Source of the DNA: an uncultured Christensenella sp.
Lineage (GTDB): Bacteria > Bacillota > Clostridia > Christensenellales > UBA1242
Direction: 5' to 3'
NCBI GenBank assembly: GCA_910586385.1
Contig: CAJUGX010000001.1
Coordinates: 8,823 to 72,822, forward strand
Length of the DNA: 64,000 nucleotides
Shown piece by piece: positions 10,150-17,311 of the stretch. Numbering within the stretch: position 1 is the first letter of the stretch; each line of letters begins with the position of its first letter. The notes under the pieces are model-generated. The model did not search any database. It was not told the DNA's origin and saw only the letters and a list, made by a program, of their open reading frames with translations. Both the position numbers and the translations under genes were made by a program.

Positions 10150-10524
10150 TTAGAACCATGAGCCATGGTTGAGCAAGTTTACAAGTCCACCAAGCAAATA
10201 GTTTACTCCGTACAAGAACAAACCAAAAATGAGCACGAAAGCGATAACAATACCTGTCTTTTTGCAAACTTCGCCAAAAGTTGGCCATGTCACTTTCTTA
10301 AGTTCGGAAGCCGTTTCTTTCACTCTTCTTCCAAAACTACGCTTTTCTTTTTTGTCTTTCTTCTTTTTCTTGTTTTTTTCTTTTTTGCCTTTATCTTTGG
10401 ATTTATCTTTCTCTTTTGCTTTTGTCTTTTCTTCTGTCACTATCACACCTTGAGAGATGTCATCTTGAGCATCAGAATTTTTTTCTGCAAGTTCTGCTTC
10501 GAGAGCTTTTTGCTTTTTAGACAT
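10150..10524 (-). CDS. secE: Preprotein translocase subunit SecE with a long Lys/Glu-rich N-terminal extension
   Basis: The C-terminal 60 aa are SecE-like (ELKKVTWPTFGEV + one TM helix GIVIAFVLIFGLFLYGV). I set the start to the ATG at 10524 because a GGAGGA lies 5 nt upstream. The track's start at 10536 is a TTG. Position between rpmG and nusG. Confidence 0.8.
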   Translation of the reverse strand: MSKKQKALEAELAEKNSDAQDDISQGVIVTEEKTKAKEKDKSKDKGKKEKNKKKKKDKKEKRSFGRRVKETASELKKVTWPTFGEVCKKTGIVIAFVLIFGLFLYGVNYLLGGLVNLLNHGSWF

Positions 10525-10539
10525 ATTATCCTCCAAAAT

Positions 10540-10701
10540 CTATTTTGTTTCTTTATGTTTTGTTCTCTTATTACATCTTGGACAAAACTTGTTGATTTCT
10601 ATTCTTTCAGAATTGTTTGAAGTGTTTTTCATACTAGAATAGTTTCTTTCTTTACATTCTGTGCATTCAAGTGTAATGATTTTACGTTTTGGTGCTGCCA
10701 T
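10540..10701 (-). CDS. rpmG: 50S ribosomal protein L33 (Cys4 zinc-ribbon form)
   Basis: Not in the ORF track because it is under 60 aa. My translation is [53 protein letters not shown] (53 aa). An SD GGAG lies upstream, and the gene takes the canonical position before secE. Confidence 0.85.
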   Translation of the reverse strand: MAAPKRKIITLECTECKERNYSSMKNTSNNSERIEINKFCPRCNKRTKHKETK

Positions 10702-10752
10702 TCTTTTTATCTCCTAACAAAAAAACTAACACCCTTTGAAAGTGTCGAGATA

Positions 10753-10781
10753 AATATACCATATGCCCCCAAATAAGTCAA
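10753..10781 (-). promoter_or_regulatory. Candidate promoter of the rpmG-secE-nusG-rplK-rplA cluster
   Basis: The minus strand reads TTGACT, a 17-nt spacer, then TATATT. It lies about 50 nt upstream of the rpmG ATG. Confidence 0.55.
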
Positions 10782-10849
10782 GTGTTTTACGGAAAGATAG
10801 AAAATATTTTTTGGTCTCTTTCGTTTTCTCGGCAAGGCAAAAACACAAC

Positions 10850-10871
10850 AAAAAAACCGCTGTCACCAGCG
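10850..10871 (-). terminator. Terminator of the HicB-like gene
   Basis: The minus strand reads CGCTG-GTGA-CAGCG followed by GTTTTTTT. It starts 20 nt after the stop at 10891. Confidence 0.55.
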
Positions 10872-10890
10872 ATTTCCAATTTCCAAAAGA

Positions 10891-11163
10891 TTAGTCGTTT
10901 ACATATGCATCAACAAGAAGCACCGTCTCATTTGACTTACATTTCTTTGCAAGCACCTCGAGTTTTGTTGGAGCGTTGTAGTCGATTTCATATTTGTGAA
11001 CATACGTGAAATAGACACGCAAAAGTTCTTTTGCTGCCAAATATGCTTCTGACAAATCCACGCCGTCAGTGAAAATGTCCAAATCTGGGAAAATAACTTG
11101 ATATGCATCATCTTCGTCTCTAACAAAAATGGCAGGATAGAGGTATTGCTTAAACTTTTCCAT
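10891..11163 (-). CDS. HicB-like (UPF0150-type) antitoxin-domain protein, solitary
   Basis: 90 aa. The N-terminus YPAIFVRDEDDAYQVIFPDLDIFTDGVDLSEAYLAAKELL matches the HicB N-domain pattern (Y-P-A-x-F...F-P-D-L-x-x-x-T-x-G-x-x-x-x-E-A). No C-terminal RHH/HTH is evident. Confidence 0.6.
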   Translation of the reverse strand: MEKFKQYLYPAIFVRDEDDAYQVIFPDLDIFTDGVDLSEAYLAAKELLRVYFTYVHKYEIDYNAPTKLEVLAKKCKSNETVLLVDAYVND

Positions 11164-11236
11164 CTCAAAATCTCCAAGAAACTTTTGTTTTATACAAATA
11201 TATTATCACAAACAAACTAGATTTCAAAATGATTTG

Positions 11237-11267
11237 AAAAAAATCGTGAGAAAATTCACGATTTTTT
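11237..11267 (-). terminator. Terminator of the 113-aa hypothetical gene
   Basis: The minus strand reads AAAAAATCGTGA-ATTTTC-TCACGATTTTTT, a 7-bp core stem followed by a T-run. Confidence 0.6.
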
Positions 11268-11285
11268 GATTTCTATAGCCTATTA

Positions 11286-11627
11286 TTAACGACTTCTTCC
11301 AAACACAACTTGCTCATGAGAAGGTTTTGCAATTCCCTTTGATGCACTGAGGTATTTTGGTGCTCTTGCCACGACTTTTTTCTTCACTCCATGTGTCGTC
11401 TTGCAATTCAAACCTTCAATTTTAAGTTCACCTTCTGCAAGTGTAACTTTTGGTTGAAGTTTTGCAGGGTTTTGTTCTTTGAGTCTCATATCAGTATAAC
11501 TCTTCACAATATCAGCATGGAAACCAGCCTCATAATAAATTGTTTTACACTTTGGGCCATTCGCCGTAAAGCAATTTACATTCAAAGACAAAACTGTTGA
11601 ATTGTCCTTTGCCATCTTATTTGCCAT
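11286..11627 (-). CDS. Hypothetical protein (113 aa)
   Basis: ORF with a GGAGG 9 nt upstream of the ATG at 11627 (MANKMAKDN...). It has its own promoter and terminator. I recognise no family. The track's longer N-terminus lacks an SD. Confidence 0.5.
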   Translation of the reverse strand: MANKMAKDNSTVLSLNVNCFTANGPKCKTIYYEAGFHADIVKSYTDMRLKEQNPAKLQPKVTLAEGELKIEGLNCKTTHGVKKKVVARAPKYLSASKGIAKPSHEQVVFGRSR

Positions 11628-11666
11628 ATCTATAAACCTCCGTGTGTTTCTCATCTTTATGCCCTT

Positions 11667-11695
11667 ATAATAGCACAAAATTTTTCATTTGTAAA
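11667..11695 (-). promoter_or_regulatory. Candidate promoter of the 113-aa gene
   Basis: The minus strand reads TTTACA, a 17-nt spacer ending in TGC, then TATTAT (extended -10-like). Confidence 0.5.
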
Positions 11696-11779
11696 TACCC
11701 TTTTTCAAAAAAGTTCAAACTTTTTTATGTCGAATTTTTGGTTGCAGTTTACCCCTTCGCAAATGCTTGAAAATTCTTT

Positions 11780-13588
11780 TTACATCTTCTCTACGGCATC
11801 AATGCCAAGGACATAAAGAGCCTTCTCAAGACACCTCTTCACCAAGGTACAAATACCAAGCATCTCTTTCTTCCTCTCAAGATTTGGCTCGGACAAAATC
11901 TTGCAATTGTTGTAGAATGTTGAGAATGCACTTGCAAGATCATATGCCGCAAGGCAAAGTGCATTGAGTGAATAACTGTCATAGCAAACTTTATAAGAAG
12001 AATTTAGCTTCACAACAGCAAGAACAATACTTCTCTCTTCCTCACTTGAAATCAAAATTTCACTCATTTTTTCATTTGCCTTTGAAAGGATTGAGTTTAT
12101 ACGGGCGATTGTATATTGAATGTATGGACCAGTCTTCCCATCAAATGCCAAAAACTTGTCGATATCAAAAACATAGTCTTTTGCAACAGTGTTTGACAAA
12201 TCTCCAAATTTCATCGCACTGACACCAATTTTTCTTGCAAGTTCTTTATCACCAACAATTCCGTTGTCTGCGAGCTTCTTTTCAGCACTCTCTATGAGCA
12301 TGCCGATGACATCCTTGTATTTGACAGTTCCTCCCGCTCTGGTCTTAAATGGCTTTCCATCTTTTCCATTCATTGTTCCAAAAGCGACATGTGTAAGTTT
12401 CTGTCCCTCAGGAGAAATTTCTGCAAGTTTGGCGCATCTGAAAACTTGTTCAAAATGTCCCGACTGACGATTGTCTGTGATATAAACAATTTCATGAGGT
12501 TTGAAAGTCCTGTTTCTCATCAAGATTGTTGCGATATCAGTCGTCGCATACAAATCCCCACCATTGTATTTCTTGATAATTGCTGGTGGCATTGGGTTTT
12601 TATAACGTTGAGGTTCATCTGGACTCTTCTTTGGGATTGCGACATGTTCGCCTTCTCTTGCAATATCAACCACCAAAGCACCTTCACTCTCTCGTGCCAA
12701 TTTCTTGTCAACAAAAATTTTGACTGTCTCATCTATATAAGGATAAGAATCACTCTCACCAAGATAGAAATCAAAAGTGGTGTTGAGCAGTTCATAGTTT
12801 TTCTTAATTTCAGCCACAGAAAGTTTTCTTATCTTATTATATATAGTGAAATAAGGTTCTTTATGGTGTTGAATGTAAAGCGTGTATTCATCTGCAAGCT
12901 TTTTGAAAGCCTCATCAACATCTTTACGCTTGCTTGCCTTTGGGTATTCTTCATTCAACAAGTCAAGAGTGACCTCATCCAACGAAATATTGTCATAATT
13001 TGGCGTGATATCCTTGAAAAATTTGTCAAGATACCCATCTTCTTTAAGTTGCAAAATGGTGAGCCCCATTTGAAGACCATAGTCGCCCAAGTGAACATCT
13101 GAAATTGTCTTGTTTCCCATGGCAATGTGAAGCCTCTTGAGCGCCTCGCCAACGATTGGGGAACGCAAGTGTCCAACGTGCAATTCTTTTGCGACGTTTG
13201 CACCGCCGTAATCAAACATAACAATCCTTTGATAGTGCACTTGTGGAACGCCAAGTTTGGCATCATTCATAACCAAGTTTGCATATTTGGACAATCTTTT
13301 GTCAGTCACTTTGATATTGATAAATCCTGGCTCAACGGCAAAAAACTCAAATTCCTCATTTGGCTTTATGTTTGAGATAATTTTGTTTGCAATGTCAATT
13401 GGTTTTTGTCCAACGCTCTTCGATATAATCATCGCAATGTTTGTTTGATAATCGCAAAGCTCTGGACGGTTTGAAAAAGACACAACCAGTTTTGAAAAAT
13501 TGTAACAATTTGGCTCAGTAGCAAATTCCTGTCTATATTCCCCAAGCCCTTCCGTAATCATTGTTGATATCTTAAAATTCAAATCCAT
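11780..13588 (-). CDS. argS: Arginine--tRNA ligase
   Basis: 602 aa. It has the class I HIGH motif in ArgRS context (DYGGANVAKELHVGHLRSPIVGE), FKTRAGG, and a C-terminal DALR-type anticodon-binding helical region. Confidence 0.95.
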   Translation of the reverse strand: MDLNFKISTMITEGLGEYRQEFATEPNCYNFSKLVVSFSNRPELCDYQTNIAMIISKSVGQKPIDIANKIISNIKPNEEFEFFAVEPGFINIKVTDKRLSKYANLVMNDAKLGVPQVHYQRIVMFDYGGANVAKELHVGHLRSPIVGEALKRLHIAMGNKTISDVHLGDYGLQMGLTILQLKEDGYLDKFFKDITPNYDNISLDEVTLDLLNEEYPKASKRKDVDEAFKKLADEYTLYIQHHKEPYFTIYNKIRKLSVAEIKKNYELLNTTFDFYLGESDSYPYIDETVKIFVDKKLARESEGALVVDIAREGEHVAIPKKSPDEPQRYKNPMPPAIIKKYNGGDLYATTDIATILMRNRTFKPHEIVYITDNRQSGHFEQVFRCAKLAEISPEGQKLTHVAFGTMNGKDGKPFKTRAGGTVKYKDVIGMLIESAEKKLADNGIVGDKELARKIGVSAMKFGDLSNTVAKDYVFDIDKFLAFDGKTGPYIQYTIARINSILSKANEKMSEILISSEEERSIVLAVVKLNSSYKVCYDSYSLNALCLAAYDLASAFSTFYNNCKILSEPNLERKKEMLGICTLVKRCLEKALYVLGIDAVEKM

Positions 13589-13614
13589 AGTATTTTTCTC
13601 CGTTTATATTCATG

Positions 13615-13643
13615 AGTATATCAAATAAAAAAAATTTAATCAA
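13615..13643 (-). promoter_or_regulatory. Candidate argS promoter
   Basis: The minus strand reads TTGATT, a 17-nt spacer, then TATACT. It lies 26 nt upstream of the ATG, with an SD GGAG in between. Confidence 0.5.
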
Positions 13644-13644
13644 C

Positions 13645-13669
13645 AAAAAAACAACCGTGTTGTTTTTTA
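13645..13669 (-). terminator. Weak AT-rich terminator after recR
   Basis: The minus strand reads AAAAAACAAC-acg-GTTGTTTTTT followed by TTG. Only 2 G:C pairs are present. Confidence 0.4.
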
Positions 13670-13743
13670 TTCTTTGTCAATCATTATTTTTTTCTTTCAC
13701 AGAAATGTTTTTTTGAAAAAATAAAAAGAGGCGGTTCCTCTTC

Positions 13744-14337
13744 CTAAATTTCTTGTCTCGCGCGCAACGCCTTCTCAAGTGTGATTTCATCTGCAAACTC
13801 AATATCACTGCCCATTGCAATCCCTTGTGCAAGACGAGTCACTTTCACTCCCAAAGGCTTGAGCACTTTTGCAATATACATTGCAGTTGCCTCACCCTCA
13901 ACATCTGGGTTTGTCGCCATGATAACTTCTTGTACTTCATATTTGCTCACACGGGAAAGAAGTTCTTTGATGCGGATATCATTTGGACCTTTGTTTTCAA
14001 GTGGATTGATGCATCCAAAAAGCACATGATACACACCATCAAAACTTTTGATTTTTTCCATTGAAACAATGTCCTTTGGCTCTTGCACAACGCAAATCAC
14101 TTTCTTGTTTCGCTTGCTACAAATTGGACAAACTTCGCTTGCGGAATAGTTTCCACATTCACTGCAAAGTCTGACTTTTTCTTTGACTTCCACGATTGCC
14201 TTTGCAAAATTTTGTGCTCTTTCCTTGTTTCCTTCCAAGATATAAAAAGCATAGCGTTGGGCAGTTTTCTTCCCAACACCAGGCAATCCTCTGAAATATT
14301 CAATCAGTCTTTCAATAGGTTCTTCAAATTCGCTCAT
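13744..14337 (-). CDS. recR: Recombination protein RecR
   Basis: It has an HhH (LPGVGKKTAQR), a C4 zinc finger (CSECGNYSASEVCPICS) and a Toprim region. I set the start to the ATG at 14337 (MSEFEEPIERLI) because a GGTGG lies upstream. The track's start is a TTG. Confidence 0.95.
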   Translation of the reverse strand: MSEFEEPIERLIEYFRGLPGVGKKTAQRYAFYILEGNKERAQNFAKAIVEVKEKVRLCSECGNYSASEVCPICSKRNKKVICVVQEPKDIVSMEKIKSFDGVYHVLFGCINPLENKGPNDIRIKELLSRVSKYEVQEVIMATNPDVEGEATAMYIAKVLKPLGVKVTRLAQGIAMGSDIEFADEITLEKALRARQEI

Positions 14338-14437
14338 CTTTGCCACCGTTTTCAAGTTTTATGAGGCAGAAAAAATCTTCCCCAAAATGAAGGACAACAC
14401 AAGTCCCAAACAAAGCCATCCCCAAGTCGCCACAATC

Positions 14438-14755
14438 TTACATCCCAAGGTTTGGCAATTTGTTTTTCTCGTCAGTGGCAATTTTTGAAAGTGCGTCGCC
14501 AACAGCAGAAGCCACCAAATCTTCAAGCATCTCGACATCGTCTGGATCAACAACTTCCGGCTTTATCTTCACGCCTTTGACTGTGCGGTTTCCGTAAAGT
14601 GTAACCTCAACCATTCCCCCACCAACAGAAGATGTGTATTCAGAGCCATCAATTTCTTCTCTAATACGCTTCATGTCCTCTTGCATTTTTTGTGCTTGAC
14701 GCATAAGCGCTTGCATGTTGTTTCCTCCACCGAAACCACCAAATCCGTATCCCAT
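14438..14755 (-). CDS. ybaB: Nucleoid-associated protein YbaB/EbfC
   Basis: 105 aa with MQALMRQAQKMQEDM and the YbaB fold pattern. I set the start to the ATG at 14755 because a GAGGAG lies 7 nt upstream. It is part of the dnaX-ybaB-recR synteny. Confidence 0.9.
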   Translation of the reverse strand: MGYGFGGFGGGNNMQALMRQAQKMQEDMKRIREEIDGSEYTSSVGGGMVEVTLYGNRTVKGVKIKPEVVDPDDVEMLEDLVASAVGDALSKIATDEKNKLPNLGM

Positions 14756-15056
14756 ATCAATTCTCCTCTTTGTGCCCACGGCACTTTGTATTATATTTTT
14801 TGTATAATCAAATTATTTCTGCTTCAAATAATCCAATTGCGCTTTGATTATTCCGATAAGCTTCAAGATTTCTTTGTTTATCACCTTTGTGTTTTCTGGA
14901 CTAAGGTATGCTGAGGCTGGAACCCTTTGTTTTCTCGACTCCAAAACCTCCGCAGGCATAATTATGAGTAAGACTCACATCACACTTCAACATTCAGATT
15001 TATATATTGCTCTGCGTCGCCATGCGTCAGTTTTCTTATTTTTATATCTTCCATCA

Positions 15057-15377
15057 TCATTCCTCAACAGAAGTTCTGTTTCCAAAGAAATTTTGCAGTT
15101 TTTTGATATCCTTGTTTATTTTCTGCTCGTTACTCTCAAATTTGACAACTTCAAACTTAAGTTCGAGCCCTTGCCAGCGAATTGCAGTTTCAATGTCTCG
15201 TCTTCCGTTTTCGAGGATATCAATCAAGAAATCATCACTTGACCTTATAACAAGTTTGTCACCTTCAATCTGTGCATTTGTGATGTCTCCACACGCAACA
15301 TGGAGTGCAACCTTCTTATGTTCTTTGAGATAAAGCACAACCTTCCCCCAAACATTGTTTGCTGTAAGGCGCGTCAC
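15057..15377 (-). CDS. DnaX (tau) C-terminal-domain-like ORF, out of frame (-1) with dnaX
   Basis: 106 codons from a GTG that has only a poorly spaced GAAGG 2 nt upstream. The sequence resembles Firmicute DnaX C-termini from memory (NNVWGKVVLYLKEHKKVALHVA...LVI...KLQNFFGNRTSV). Its frame is open back to 15407, across the A9 run. Confidence 0.6.
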   Translation of the reverse strand: MTRLTANNVWGKVVLYLKEHKKVALHVACGDITNAQIEGDKLVIRSSDDFLIDILENGRRDIETAIRWQGLELKFEVVKFESNEQKINKDIKKLQNFFGNRTSVEE

Positions 15378-15391
15378 ATCCTTCTCAATTT

Positions 15392-16495
15392 TCAGTTTTT
15401 TTTTGCGTCAAAGCCAAGCATTGCAGCGAGGCAAGTTGTCTCCAAAAGCAATCTCACTGAAAGTGTATACCGAAGCTCGCTTTCTGCACCAGAGAATACT
15501 TGCATATATTTGATGAGGTCTTTTTCATCAAAATTTTCTGATTGCTCTTTGTACATTGCAAACACATCATCAGTCAAATTCAAAATCTGGTTTGCATTTT
15601 CACAGGATTTGCAGACAAGAAGGTTTCTTGCGTGCTTCGACAAATCTTTCGCAAAGACAGCCAAGTTTTTCCCTTCTTTTTCAATTTGGTCAATCATTGC
15701 CAAAACATGACCAACGTCTTTTTCTTTTATATGTGAAAAGAAGTTTACAATGAGGTCATGGTCTGTTGTGCCAAGCACGGAAAGCGTTTTCTCTTTTGTG
15801 ATTTCGCCTTGACAAAATGATGCGATTGAGTCTGCAATTGAAAGTGTGTCTCGCACACTTCCCTCTCCCGCACTTGCAATAATTTTCAAACTCTCTTCGT
15901 CATATTTGATGCTTTCTTTGTCAAACACTTTTGCAAGCAACCTCATCAAGTTTTCTGTTGAGACAAGTCTGAAATCAAATCTCACACATCTTGACAAAAT
16001 CGTCTGTGGCAATTTATGCACTTCTGTTGTCGCCAAGATGAAAATTACGTATGATGGCGGTTCTTCCAAAGTTTTGAGCAGTGCGTTGAACGCACTGTCA
16101 GAAAGCATATGCACTTCGTCGATGATATAAACTTTGTATTTTGCACCAACTGGCATAAACTTCACTTTGTCTCTGATTTCTCTGATGTCGTCAACCTTGT
16201 TGTTTGAAGCAGCATCAATTTCTATGATGTTTATATCGTTTTCTTGCTCAAGACGTTTGCAGTTTTCGCATTGACCACAAGCCGAGCCATGCACTGGGCT
16301 CAAGCAGTTGACTGCCTTCGCAAGAATTTTTGCCACACTTGTCTTTCCAGTCCCACGAGACCCCGTAAAAAGATATGCGTGCCCAATTTGGTCACTGCTT
16401 ATTTGGTTTTGAAGAGTTTTTGTGATATGGTCTTGCCCAATCACTTCTTCAAAGCATTTTGGCCTATACTTTCTATAAAGTGCAACGTGGTTCAT
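15392..16495 (-). CDS. dnaX: DNA polymerase III subunit gamma/tau, clamp-loader core (domains I-III) only in frame 0
   Basis: It has ALYRKYRPKCFEEVIGQ, the Walker A GSRGTGKTSVAK, the Zn module CGQCENC, and SRC (LSRCVRF). I set the start to the ATG at 16495 because a GGAG lies upstream. The track's start is a TTG. The product is only 367 aa. Confidence 0.95.
   Translation of the reverse strand: MNHVALYRKYRPKCFEEVIGQDHITKTLQNQISSDQIGHAYLFTGSRGTGKTSVAKILAKAVNCLSPVHGSACGQCENCKRLEQENDINIIEIDAASNNKVDDIREIRDKVKFMPVGAKYKVYIIDEVHMLSDSAFNALLKTLEEPPSYVIFILATTEVHKLPQTILSRCVRFDFRLVSTENLMRLLAKVFDKESIKYDEESLKIIASAGEGSVRDTLSIADSIASFCQGEITKEKTLSVLGTTDHDLIVNFFSHIKEKDVGHVLAMIDQIEKEGKNLAVFAKDLSKHARNLLVCKSCENANQILNLTDDVFAMYKEQSENFDEKDLIKYMQVFSGAESELRYTLSVRLLLETTCLAAMLGFDAKKN
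15396..15404 (-). other. A9 homopolymer (slippery A_AAA_AAA) at the dnaX stop
   Basis: The minus strand reads GAC GCA AAA AAA AAC TGA (T9 on the plus strand). Its presence is certain. Its function, either recoding or an assembly error, is unresolved. Confidence 0.9.
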
Positions 16496-16506
16496 TTTTT
16501 CTCCAA

Positions 16507-17256
16507 TCAATAATTTTCTTTTGCGATGACAACAAAACTGTCAACATCCAAACTTGCTCCGCCAACAAGAGCCCCATTCAAAAACTCAAGCGAAAGCAGT
16601 TTTTTGCAATTTGACAAACCTACACTTCCGCCATAAATGACAGAAATATTTTTGCTTGCCTTTGGTGAATAAAGATATTCAACTTCTTTTCTGATTGCCT
16701 CGACCATTTTCTGAATATCTTTTGCTGTGACATTCTTTCCTGAGCCAATCGCCCAAATAGGTTCGTATGCAATCACAACGCTCTCGAGTTCGTTTTCATA
16801 AATCCCCTTGAGATCGTCATCAATTTGTTTTCTCACAAATGTGCAAGCTTGTTTGTTTGCTCTTGTTTGCAGGGTCTCGCCAACACAAAGCACAACCTTA
16901 AGCCCATTTGCAAGTGCAGTTTTGATTTTTTTGTTTATTGTTTTATCGTTCTCTTTGAACTTTTGCCTTCTCTCTGAGTGTCCAATTATGACATATTCTG
17001 TGCCAAGGTCTTTGATCATTCTTGCACTGATTTCTCCAGTAAGTGAGCCATTTTCCTCTTCAGAGATGTTTTGAGCACCAAATGAAACCTTGCTTCCAGA
17101 AAAAATCTCTTTGGCTGTCGAAAGATGTGTATATGGAGGACAAATTACAATACTATTTTTTGTCCCTTTTGCTTTTGTCGCAATCGTCATTGCATAAGAC
17201 TTAAACTCGCTTGGAGTTGTGTTCATCTTAAGATTTCCAACAATAAGTTTTTTCAT
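16507..17256 (-). CDS. tpiA: Triose-phosphate isomerase
   Basis: It has GNLKMN, IGHSERR and YEPIWAIGSG. I set the start to the ATG at 17256 because a GGAGG lies 4 nt upstream. Confidence 0.95.
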   Translation of the reverse strand: MKKLIVGNLKMNTTPSEFKSYAMTIATKAKGTKNSIVICPPYTHLSTAKEIFSGSKVSFGAQNISEEENGSLTGEISARMIKDLGTEYVIIGHSERRQKFKENDKTINKKIKTALANGLKVVLCVGETLQTRANKQACTFVRKQIDDDLKGIYENELESVVIAYEPIWAIGSGKNVTAKDIQKMVEAIRKEVEYLYSPKASKNISVIYGGSVGLSNCKKLLSLEFLNGALVGGASLDVDSFVVIAKENY

Positions 17257-17311
17257 AAATCCTCCACACAAGATTATTGTTTTTATGTTTCATCTATATA
17301 CTCTTTGGTGT

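Noticed and set aside
10165-10620. 151-aa plus-strand ORF rich in Phe/Leu.
   Set aside because: It is the antisense mirror of the Lys/Glu-rich (AAG/AAA/GAA) SecE extension and of rpmG, so it is a compositional artefact.
10702-11285. The 113-aa protein (11286-11627), or a hidden small ORF, acting as the HicA toxin partner of the HicB-like gene.
   Set aside because: The 113-aa protein lacks HicA motifs and is separated from the HicB-like gene by a strong terminator. No other plausible ORF exists in the interval.
13589-13743. T-box leader upstream of argS. I also considered this for gltX and trpS.
   Set aside because: Only 155 nt are available here, and that stretch already holds a recR terminator, a promoter and an SD. 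The gltX and trpS upstream spacers are 14 and 23 nt. I saw no T-box consensus (AGGGTGGTACCGCG-like) anywhere in the window.
14756-15056. Possible SRP (4.5S/scRNA) gene, because Firmicute dnaX is normally adjacent to the SRP RNA gene and this is the only sizeable non-coding gap in the cluster.
   Set aside because: Neither strand contains the conserved domain IV signature (GGUCCGGAAGGAAGCAGC-like, GNAR tetraloop context). Only short, imperfect hairpins are present. A covariance-model scan (Rfam SRP models) would settle it.
16496-16510. Apparent 4-nt overlap of tpiA and dnaX, and long N-terminal extensions in the ORF track for dnaX, tpiA, recR, ybaB, hup, the flippase, TetR, DegV, DUF1540, secE and the 83-aa protein.
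   Set aside because: The extended starts are TTG or GTG codons without an SD. In each case an in-frame ATG a few codons downstream has a GGAG-type SD at 4-9 nt and matches the family's usual N-terminus.
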